DNA of 64,000 nucleotides from Rhynchopus sp. YZ270_cl-10 (taxonomy: Eukaryota): assembly GCA_964035575.1 (NCBI GenBank), contig OZ037835.1, positions 620,001 through 684,000 on the forward strand, given 5' to 3'. The translations under genes and the position numbers were made by a program. The first letter of the stretch is position 1, and each line of letters begins with the position of its first letter. The notes below the pieces were generated by a model. That model searched no databases. It was not told the DNA's origin and saw nothing but the letters and a program-made list of their open reading frames with translations. Positions 54,491 through 64,000 of this stretch are shown piece by piece.

Positions 54491-56201
54491 ATCTTGGTGT
54501 TTTTGGAGTACGTTTCTGAGATATCATGTCTTGTCATTTTTGGGGGGCTGGGGGTACACCCATGGTGGAGGTAACAAGGTTGGGGGGAGTAAAAAAAAGC
54601 ACTGCCTCAAATCACGTTCTTCTTGTTGTTCATACGTTGTGGGTTCTTCCACACTATGACTTTAGGTCAGTGGGGGGTTTCTTTTGTTTCCTTTTGTTTA
54701 GGTTCGTGTGTGGATAGTTTCTTAGTCAGTTGGACCAAGTTTTTTAATATGTTTTTCAAGTTTTTGAAAACTTGAAAATATAAAAAAAAACTTGGAAAAA
54801 ATCACGTGTAGCAACAGAATGCATCGGCTCCACGCCCATCCTCCCAGCTTACTTCCATTGGGGTGTGGTTTCGCAAAATTCGGTGGAATTTTTGAAATCC
54901 TGTACACGCTCTGTAGATTCTAAAAACGGGGGGGTTGCGAAACGGGAAACAGGGGGTTATTTTAAGGTTTTTGGGAGGAAATAAGCTCAAAAAACCTCAA
55001 AAAATATCTCAAAAACTGCCCGCCGCCCCCAACCCGATTTTCCAATCGGAGAGGGTGACACACCACTACACCACTTGTATCAAAACCTAGGTGAGCAACA
55101 GTAAGAAAAGTATATAAGATGAACCTAAGCGTGTGCTTGGTCACCTTGTTGGGAGCAAAATACAAGAGTACGCACTGAGTGACGGGGTGCTGTGGAAAAA
55201 AAAAGGTGACGAGCTAAACCAGCCAATGAAGGGGTCCCGAGATAACTACTGATCTAAGAAAACATCTGGTGGTGTGGCTGAGTCCAAAAAAGGTCACTTG
55301 ATCAGGACTTGGTCAGGGTGCGTTTTTGGATTTTTCAGCCACACCGTTGGAGGGGTAAATAATATTTTTGGTTATATAGACAGAGCGTGTGTCCTGACAC
55401 TGGATAAATAAAAAATCATGATGAAAGTAAAAGTTGCAAGATAAATATGCCTCACGCAGATGTGCATACACTTCTAAAAAACTAGTGGATATTGGATTTC
55501 AAAAAAAACGGGGGATGTGACCCCCCCTCTGCTGCGGTAATACGTGACTACCCCCACGTGTGCGCGTATTATGCGTTACAATACGTACACCATATTCGTA
55601 CATCCAATTATCGACCGTAAAAAAGGTCGAACTTCCAGAAAAATCGTGAAAAGGTCGAATCTTATTACGGTTTGTACGAGTGCGGATATGCATAGGTCGG
55701 ATACATATAACAAAAACCGCCACGTATCACGTATATTATGCATTTGCCACTCCACCTCAGATGAGGGGTTTCACGGTTGACATCACGGCCAAGGGGCAAA
55801 AACTACGGGAGGGGGTACAAAAAAAATAGGGGGTTTTTTGGGATTTTATTTCAAGCCCGACTAGGTCTGTTTTGACATAAAATAACTCTTTTTTTCTACC
55901 CAAAACTGCTCAGAAATGTCAAAAACAAAAAACCCCTTGTAAAGGATTTTGACCTGACGCACAGAAATGAGGGTGAGTGCACAACACGAGGGGAGGGAGG
56001 GGATAAACAGAAAAAGCCTCAGATGTGACTACTCCATTCGTTTTCTCTTGTGTACAAAAAGGACAAAAAAAATCAATGTTCAAAATGTTGAGATTGACAA
56101 AGCCCATGGGCGAACCCTGGTCTGTCACCAGCTAACATACCAACAGAGAGAGAGAGAGAGCACTGGGAGGATATAGGGATGTATACCGGTACAAGTATGC
56201 C

Positions 56202-56457
56202 TGGTGGTTGTATTGTGATAACTGCTCATCATAATACATAACACACATCACAATACAGCTGTATTGTGATGTGTATTACCGTATTCGTACAAATTATCGA
56301 CCGTAAAAATGTTCGACCTTTTCAGGATTTTTCTGGAAGTTCGACCTGTTTTTACGGTCGATAATTTGTACGAATACGGTAATACACATCACAATACAGC
56401 TGTATTGTGATGTGTGTTATGTATTATGATGGGCAATTTATCACAAAACGGCCACCA
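56202..56457. repeat. Long palindrome (about 120-bp arms), MITE-like
   Basis: Arms contain the internal palindrome ACACATCACAATACAGCTGTATTGTGATGTGT; core AATTATCGACCGTAAAA family also at about 55590-55690 and 47325-47415. Confidence 0.85.
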
Positions 56458-58040
56458 CTACCCGTGTCCCCGACGTGCAAAGTGCCGGATATTCGGCCGA
56501 ACCCTGGTTCAGAATTCCTATCTCGGCCTTGCAAAAAGTGCTTTTAAAATATCGGGTCTTTGTTTGTGTGCTAAAGCGGTGTAACAAAAAGGTGGAAAAA
56601 AAAAAAGTGTGAACTGAAATTGGTGTTGGTGCTTTGTAAATCGAAGTGAATCAAATAAAACAGACAATTGCAAAAAGCAAGCTTTTTTGTTTTCTGTTTT
56701 GTTTGCCCAATCATTTTAGTACTGACAACTAAAAAGATGTGGTTATGTGGAACAAAATAAAGGACAATAAAAAATAACTTTCGCACGAAAAAAAAGTTGA
56801 CATAAAATACAAACTGTGGTTGATGCAAACAACTCCAACTGACACACGTACGATGCCAGCCATCTGGCCTACAACAGTAAATATAAAAAGGAAACCTAAT
56901 GACTTGCCCGTACGCACAAGAGAATACAAATCCCTCTCCTGGCAGTAGGGTGCATGCAACGTACCCAAACTATTTATTTTCTTTAGGTGGATTGTTCGTT
57001 TCTGATAAGGGGTCCAAATAATAGCAGTTTTATCAAATAACCTTTTTTTCGCCGCTTTTTAGTTCAAAGTTACGAACACAGTTTCCACGTAACTTTTTCT
57101 GTTTCACCGCTGCGATTTTTGGCTTTTCAAAGTGACCGAATAATAAAGTTATTTGGACCCCCCTTTAAGATAAACCTAAGTCCTCTCGTGCTTTGTCATC
57201 ATGAAAAAAAAACTTGAGCGGATTCAGAAAAAAAAAGTCAAATGTTTTCAGATTTCGAGAGCAAAAAAAAACCCCTCCGAATATTTCATGATATCCAGAA
57301 TTGTGTTTCGGTGGGGGAGGGGACCCTTATATTCTGTCGCGCTACAAAATTTTTCAACAAAAAAACCATAAAATAATCAATACAAATCAAAAAGGGGGGG
57401 GGAAACGCACGTAGAGGGGTATCTAGGGGTATTGCACTTTGGGTTGGCTTTTTTTCTATCTCTTTTCTTGACGTTTTTGTCACCCCCCATTTCGCCCAGT
57501 TTTTCGTAACGAATTTGATGCGGGGATGAAAACTTTGGTAAACTGAGCCTACACCTCGCAGTGCTTACACGGCGACCAAATAGGTGATGACATGATACAT
57601 AACATGTTAAATGACGTGATACTGCATGGTGTTGTTATCCTGTCATTTGCACATGGTACGCAACACATCATCATGTGTACTTGGTCGGCCGTTAGTCATC
57701 CGAACAAAATAAAAAGGGAAAATCACCCGACACACCAGACACCACAGTGACGGGGTGGCAAGACTAAACTGTGGTAGCAAGAACGTTTCTTTCTTGTGCA
57801 ACAAACAAAATATGACAACACTGTGTGCCGTCAGAGCAAGGTGCAAACAATACATTGCGTGTGGAAGCGTTTCGGCGACACTAATACGGTGGGTCACTAA
57901 TAAGAACACAAAGAGACATGCTTATCTTATTACCTCAACAAGTAGAGCGGGTTTGCCAAGTGCTCTTCATTGGTGTCCACTGGAATAGGTATCCGATAGG
58001 TATATGGGTCAGTCCATAAACCACCCCCCCCAAAAGGTAA

Positions 58041-61000
58041 CACGACGGACTAGTTATGACCATGACAGGTGATCTTACTAGTAAAATGACAGGTGAAATT
58101 TTTTGACAGGTGGTACCTGTCATTTTGACAGGTACCACCTGTCAAAATACAGGCACCAGGTACCCAGGTGCCCAGGTACCCAGGTACCCAGGTACCCAGG
58201 TACCCAGGTACCCAGGTACCCAGGTACCCAGGTACCCAGGTACCCAGGTACCCAGGTACCCAGGTACCCAGGTACCCAAGTACCCCCAATGACATAACGA
58301 AGTATCGCTTGAAAGTACCGTTCAATAACCTTTCTTGGGTGTGCATGAAGTAGGACACAAGGTATATCAAACGATAAATCAATCAGATAAACGTTACATC
58401 ATCGGAAAATTGTTGGCACCGCCGCCCTGTCTTCGTATTTATTACGTCGACAGGCCAAACAGCGTTGGGCTCAGAAGAAGCAGTGCAAAACACTGGGGAT
58501 CAACATGAGAACCAACTCCCAACAACACAGGCTACCAAAGTAGCAGGTGGGGTGTTGCGGGTGTTTGGGGTGAAAGAAAATCGATTTTGGTAAGTTCCAG
58601 CAGAAAATTCTTAAGTTTGCACTAGTCGAGAGAGGCTTACCCGCTGCAGTGAAGCAGTGCACCCATTTAAGGATGGAGAAGCGTGACACGCACATACAAG
58701 TATGTACGTTACTTCAACAAAGGCTGAATTCTGGTAATTCTAAGGGATGTGAATTCAGCCACCACGCAGGTAGTGTTTTAAGGTTCCTCGCTTTGTTCTG
58801 CACAGCGGGCTTATGATACAAAGGAGTTGCCCCCGCTCTCTTTCGCGCAAACTTAAGAAAATTCTGAAGTAACTACAACCTGGCGTGCGGGTACAGATGC
58901 ATTGCTTTGTTCTTTCCTCAAAGTCATGTGTGATCTCTCGGGTCTGTACTAAAGTCAGTGTTTAGATAAGCATCCACTTGACTCGTTCTAACAACCGTTG
59001 AAATCTAGAACAAAACAACACACTGCCCCTTCTCACACCAAGCCGCCATGCTTCAAGAGCATGCCCTGGGCAAAAATTACTGTGACAAAAATTGGTTTCT
59101 GGGGGAACGCAATATTTTCTTGTGCCTAGTCCTCCGCAAGCAGAGGACAGACTTTCCGGATCCCGAAGTCGAATTTCTTGCACTAGCTATGCTCCCTGGG
59201 TTAAATGGCTATAGCAGTGACTGACTAAGAGTTTCATAATAATTGGGGTGGTCTCGGTCGCCACCTGATTTTGAAATATTTGCACCAGCTCGTCCGTCGG
59301 CACTGCTTCGCTGTCACAATGAAGGGTCGTCGGTTCGGGTACCTGTTAAGAGAAATTGAGGACAAAAGTGACGTTACTAACAAAAAAAAAGAAGTTGAGT
59401 CAATGACTTGAAATACAAAACCCTCTCGTGAACAGTGTACCTTGGTACATGACCGGCTGTACCGGGGCGGACACCCAACAAGAGATAGATAGAGGAGCAC
59501 AAATCTTGGTAGTCGCTAATTTGGGCGGGAAAAAATAGCTTCAATTTACATCCGGAGACGAGACGTACATCCAGAGCGGGACAATGTCGAAAAGGGGGAG
59601 CGGGGGTGGTGAAAACCGGGGGTTAAAAACATACCTCGCACTCGGTCCACTCTCCAGGTACGAGAACATCATTGGACGTACAAACCCACCACTGCGTCAG
59701 TAAATAGCTATTTCCCTCCCTCCCGCCAGGTTCGAGGGAGCACTTGAGGGAGGACAAAAAATGCCTGGTTCGCGCAGGTAGTTTTCTTACGGGAAAAATC
59801 TGGGGGGCCGGGCGGGGCCGTGTTGCTGAGAATAACTCGCACTCTGCCCGGTGTGAACAAGCCCACACCAAAGCAATGGCTGTACAAGTCGATTTTTGCA
59901 GGGGTGGGCGGGACCCGGGCTTTTTCCATTTTTTTGGATCGGGCACCAGGTTTTTTATAAGGATTTCAGGTGATTTTTGGATTTTTCTGAGAACACGCTG
60001 CCCCCCTGCCGAAACATGTTCTCGTTTTTCCCTTTTGGGGGGATTTTTGGCCTTTTTCGGGTTTTCCGAGCATCTCCGCAAACTTTTACCCTCACTGTAA
60101 CGGGGTCATTTTGAAAAAAATGGACAAGTTCTTGGCTGATACACGTTTTGGTCGAGTTACTTAGCGGGGTTAAATTGAACTACGATTCTGGACCCACTGT
60201 AACGTGAACCGCCCCCTCGAAATTCAAGAAGGGGTCCCAAACCCGGGCGCGCTACGTGCGGCGCCGCAGGCGAAAAAAAATTAGGGTACATTGTAAAAAA
60301 TGCAGCGGGATTTTTGATGAAGAATAGTGATTTTGTGCATAAAAGGTAAATACGTCCCGAGCCCGGCGCGCGTAGCGCGCCGGAAGTTCTGGGCCTCCGG
60401 CGGAGAAACTAGAATTCCTGGCCTAAAAAGGGTCCGAGCTTTCGCACGGTGGTGGGTGGGGTGGATCTTTATGATATTCAAAGAGATGCAGAAGCTCTGC
60501 GGACACCTCCTCACTGAGGTACTCGCGGGATGGTTCTTGGCATGCAAGAGTGCATCAAGGGGTTCGTCGACAACTTGTGAGCGGAGACGTGTCTTCACCA
60601 ACTTCAATCACGAAAATTCCCGCTCATCTTCGCAAGACGAAACAGGGGGTCAGAAGGCGAGTCGCACAAACTCGCATTATCCCGTACTCCTTCTTCAGTT
60701 GCGTCTTCATCTCCTCTCTGCTTGTCCCCGGCTTCGCCGGATCCACCAGGAGCTTCTCCCCACTCCTTGTCATCTCCGAGGTCGGGTTGCAACGGAAGGA
60801 AATAGTCGGCAGATGGCTCGGGCGAGGAGGCTGGGAGGAAGATGAAAGAGGTGGGCGGCCCTTCGGGCCCCACCCCACCTCTTCAATTTTTTTATTTGTA
60901 TTTTTATTTTTTTCCAATGAAGAATTCTTCATCGGATTCTTCAGCGCGGAAAGACTGATTATGGCTTAGTACCGCACTCCCGTGTATTTGGTGCACCCAG

Positions 61001-61521
61001 ATGGTCAAACACCCGATTTTTGCGTTTTTTTTTGCATTTTTTTGCATTTTTTCGCCCAGTATTGAGGACGTGTGGGGGTGAGGACCACCGAGGGCAATTT
61101 TGTGAATTTTTTTGGGGTCAAAAATTGACTTGTCTTTCGTAAATCCCACGAAAAATCGGGTGCGCAAAATCGCGTTATAGACCCCCATAGATGCTCAAAA
61201 GTGTCAAATTTTGCTTTTAATGGCCTCAAATCGTCGAAATTCGCCCTAAAAGGGGGCAAAAAAAAAAATTCGAGAGTCCCTTTCCCTGGGAGGCAATAGC
61301 CACCGGCAAAAACACCTGTCATATGACAGGTGGTACCTGTCATTTTGACAGGTACCACCTGTCATTTGACAGGTACCACCTGTCAAAATGACAGGTGCAC
61401 CTGTCATTTTACAGGTACCACCTGTCATATTACTAGTAATATTCAATTATCACCTGTCATATTTATAACTAGTAACACCACCTGTCATATCACCTGTCAT
61501 GGCCATAACTAGTCCGTCGTG
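58041..61521. mobile_element. CAC...GTG (CMC-like) non-autonomous element, 2-bp TSD AA
   Basis: 33-bp TIR CACGACGGACTAGTTATG(A/G)CCATGACAGGTGAT; many subterminal TGACAGGT/ACCTGTCA motifs; empty site GGTAACCTGG preserved in the host's other TIR. Confidence 0.9.
58156..58285. repeat. (CCAGGTAC)n octamer array, about 16 copies
   Basis: Near-perfect tandem repeat. Confidence 0.95.
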
Positions 61522-61778
61522 AACCTGGGGTCCTTATTTTTATTTCCTCTGGGTTCTACTGGGACTTTCTCCCCAATTTTTTTTTTAATGAACTCAGAGT
61601 TAAGTTTCTGGGTTCAATAAAAAAAACGACGAGCAAAAAGTCCAATTGGAAATTTGATGGATACCCCCCGAGAGCAAAATAAACCAACGGTAAAAATTGG
61701 TACCCTTGGTTTCCTATAGGTTCCTATAGGAAACCTACATTTTCCCATAATTTCCCACACAACTTACTTGACAACAGG

Positions 61779-62198
61779 ATGAAAACAAATACAAAAATGG
61801 CAAAAGTGAGTAAAACCGTGCAAGGGGCACTGGACTTTGCTAGGGCTCTGGGGGAAACGCAGTTCTCAGGGGAGAAGACTCGCAAGGAGGTTCTTGCCTA
61901 CGCGAAGGCACGCAGTTGTTACCGTAGGGGTTTCCGGGAAGACGTGTGGTTCAAAGCTTTATGGAAAGCGAGAGGAATATCCCTCATCCTTCACAGGAAG
62001 AACACCACCCGTGGGGGACGCGCGGTCCAACTGTATTTCTGCAGTAACCTGGATGAGTGTGTGGGTGTGCCATCAGAAGGTACGGAGGAGGAGGAGGATG
62101 AGGAGGAGGAGGAAGAGGAAGGTCTGCCTGATATTGTGCCAGGAAAGGAGCCGAAATGTCGTGATGTCGATTTGCTGAAGGAGTGGGTCCAAGCTTGA
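61779..62198 (+). CDS. Small hypothetical protein (139 aa, basic N-terminus, acidic tract) filling the long-TIR element
   Basis: ATG-to-stop frame occupying nearly all of the unique sequence between the TIRs; no homology recognised. Confidence 0.5.
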   Translation: MKTNTKMAKVSKTVQGALDFARALGETQFSGEKTRKEVLAYAKARSCYRRGFREDVWFKALWKARGISLILHRKNTTRGGRAVQLYFCSNLDECVGVPSEGTEEEEDEEEEEEEGLPDIVPGKEPKCRDVDLLKEWVQA

Positions 62199-62552
62199 TG
62201 AGTGCAGTGTTGGGGGATTTCTTGTTCCGGGTCGTGAACGTAACCCTCGCTTCCATATTCTCAACCCTTGGTTTCCTATAGGAACCTATAGGAAACCAAG
62301 GGTACCAATTTTTACCGTTGGTTTATTTTGCTCTCGGGGGGTATCCATCAAATTTCCAATTGGACTTTTTGCTCGTCGTTTTTTTTATTGAACCCAGAAA
62401 CTTAACTCTGAGTTCATTTAAAAAAAAATTGGGGAGAAAGTCCCAGTAGAACCCAGATGAAATAAAAATAAGGACCCCAGGTTACCTTTTGGGGGGGGGT
62501 GGTTTATGGACCGTGCCATATACAGGGTGGAGAAAATAAAAGAGAATGTAGA

Positions 62553-62680
62553 TGGTGCTCCTGAAATAAAAAATACCAAGTACGCAACAAGTACGCAATA
62601 GGGTATTCCTGCATTTTTTTTTTTTCTTTTGTGCACAAAGTGCGCAACAAGTACGCAAAGTGGGGTTTTCAGGAGCACCA
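62553..62680. mobile_element. MITE, inverted copy of 24462-24598
   Basis: Same TGGTGCTCCTGAAA TIRs; flanks GTAGA/GTAGG. Confidence 0.8.
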
Positions 62681-62750
62681 GTAGGGTATGCTTTCTGTAG
62701 CAACACACAGCACTGTGTAGTATTCTTCCGAATGAAAGAACACAGCAACC

Positions 62751-64000
62751 TCAGTGCAGGTGCACAACGTACGGTGCATAAGCCTTCTGCTCCACATAGC
62801 CGGCAAGCTCTTCGTACTGTGTGCGTTGGTCCTGAGCGACGGTGTCCAGCAGAGAAGACGCCTTCTCAAAGTCCTGTTTGATGATGTGCTCGAAGACCTC
62901 GTTCCACACTGCGTGCGGGTTGTTCACGGCAGACTCCAGCTGGTACATCCACTCCTCATCTGCGCTGCTGCACAGCCCACGTACGGTAAACACGGTCTGT
63001 GCCTTCTCGCTCAGCTTCTCGTACAGCATCGCACCAGCACAACGCAGTACCACCTGTCCCTCCGCCTCACGCGAAATGTTCTGGTCAACCACACCAGGAA
63101 AGTTACGCTCCTTGTTCCAACGCTCCATCACAACCACCCACGACATGGACTGCGAAAGAATCGACATCTTCTTCATCCCGTTGCAGCCCATGTTCCCGAC
63201 ACGTGCCTCGCCTGTCGTGCACCCGTACGAGATCTTGTGTGCATCCCCAAGTGCTGTTGCCACTTCGTGTGCAGCCTTCACACAGGCAGCACTGTGCGAC
63301 GGCTTCGGAACAAAGGCGTTGAAGGTGGCAAGCATCTTGTCCCCTGCGAACGTGTCGCACACACCTTTGTTGTGCTGCACTGATGACATGATGTGCTCCA
63401 TAATACCACCGTGTGCGGAGAGCACCTCTGCGTCCTTGTGCTTCTTGCAGAAGGCGTGCCACGACACGACGTTCATGTGTGCCAGCGACACCTTCTTCTT
63501 CTTCATCCCTTCCACACGCAGCAGTGCCTTCTGGTGCTGCAGCGTAACACCCGAATTGCGTGACACACGTGAACTCTGTGACCCATGGGAATCCCGGGAC
63601 TTGCCTGACTGCGACTTCATAGTCGAAGATTCCGTCTCTGACACGTACTCTTTCTCACTGTCGTTGACAAGCACACTCTGCGGCATGTAGTTCCGGTACT
63701 CCACCAGGTTCGCCACCATGGTAACAAAGCTGCGCTGCATCATCCCCACTTCACTCAGCTGCGACACTGCACGGCCCGTGTCCACAGCCTCCAGGTCCAT
63801 CACAGCCACACTTGCCATCTCACTCCCAAGCTTCAGCAGAGGGGACGTGATGTAGCGTGTGAACACAACAGCAATGGCCAGGAGTACCGTGATCGCAACA
63901 GCCGTGACAACCACCATCACAATAACCGCATCCTCCTTCTGTGCGTCTGCAGAGGACAGATCTGATGCCACCTTCGCACGGATTGCATTCGTCGACGCAT
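62751..64000 (-). CDS. TM-HAMP-degenerate class III cyclase protein, 5' part outside the window
   Basis: Frame open to the window edge; TM helix then ITSPLLKL...SEVGMMQRSFVTM (HAMP-like), EYRNYMP linker, CDTFAGDKMLATFN, YGCTTG, EEWMYQ as in the other pseudo-cyclases. Confidence 0.85.
   Translation of the reverse strand, partial: ASTNAIRAKVASDLSSADAQKEDAVIVMVVVTAVAITVLLAIAVVFTRYITSPLLKLGSEMASVAVMDLEAVDTGRAVSQLSEVGMMQRSFVTMVANLVEYRNYMPQSVLVNDSEKEYVSETESSTMKSQSGKSRDSHGSQSSRVSRNSGVTLQHQKALLRVEGMKKKKVSLAHMNVVSWHAFCKKHKDAEVLSAHGGIMEHIMSSVQHNKGVCDTFAGDKMLATFNAFVPKPSHSAACVKAAHEVATALGDAHKISYGCTTGEARVGNMGCNGMKKMSILSQSMSWVVVMERWNKERNFPGVVDQNISREAEGQVVLRCAGAMLYEKLSEKAQTVFTVRGLCSSADEEWMYQLESAVNNPHAVWNEVFEHIIKQDFEKASSLLDTVAQDQRTQYEELAGYVEQKAYAPYVVHLH

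Larger units (their letters stand above)
58001..62522. mobile_element. Long-TIR element (about 1 kb empty) whose left TIR is split by a 3.5-kb insertion
   Basis: 58001-58040 plus 61524-61736 together are the reverse complement of about 62270-62522; outermost bases imperfect. Confidence 0.85.

Noticed and set aside
60460..60932. Minus-strand remnant with SREEMKTQLKKEYGIMRVCATRL, faintly like a Tc1/IS630 HTH
   Set aside because: Interrupted by stops, with no DDE motif or matching TIRs identified.
1..64000. tRNA, rRNA or spliced-leader RNA genes
   Set aside because: None recognised by eye; tRNAscan-SE/Infernal would be needed to exclude them.

Overview
Eukaryotic nuclear DNA, most likely a euglenozoan protist, probably a diplonemid. 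This is an inference from the kinetoplastid-type adenylate cyclase motifs, an eEF2 fragment reading KYSVSPVV/HNRLFC, and ORFs without evident introns all on one strand. All well-supported host protein genes are on the minus strand: a 7TM (GPCR-like)-adenylate cyclase fusion, a multi-TM adenylate cyclase, three tandem multi-TM pseudo-cyclases, a HAMP pseudo-cyclase cut by the window edge, two ubiquitin-like/LRR/CaaX proteins, two scramblase-like paralogs and one unknown gene. The intergenic DNA is a dense stack of nested non-autonomous DNA transposons (hAT-, Tc1/pogo-, Harbinger-, Mutator- and CAC/CMC-like, judged by TIRs and TSDs), several carrying their own near-perfect 7-8 bp arrays. The main find is a 5.2-kb element (17991-23192) with split direct repeats, the architecture of tyrosine-recombinase retroelements such as PAT, Ngaro and TOC1. 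It integrated at GAAAAA, the sequence of its own internal end-to-end junction, and carries a decayed eEF2 fragment and a 31-bp satellite instead of recognisable RT or recombinase genes. Its end motifs recur across the window in one orientation, and one copy may supply the trans-splice acceptor of the 7TM-cyclase gene. All calls are by eye; no searches were run.
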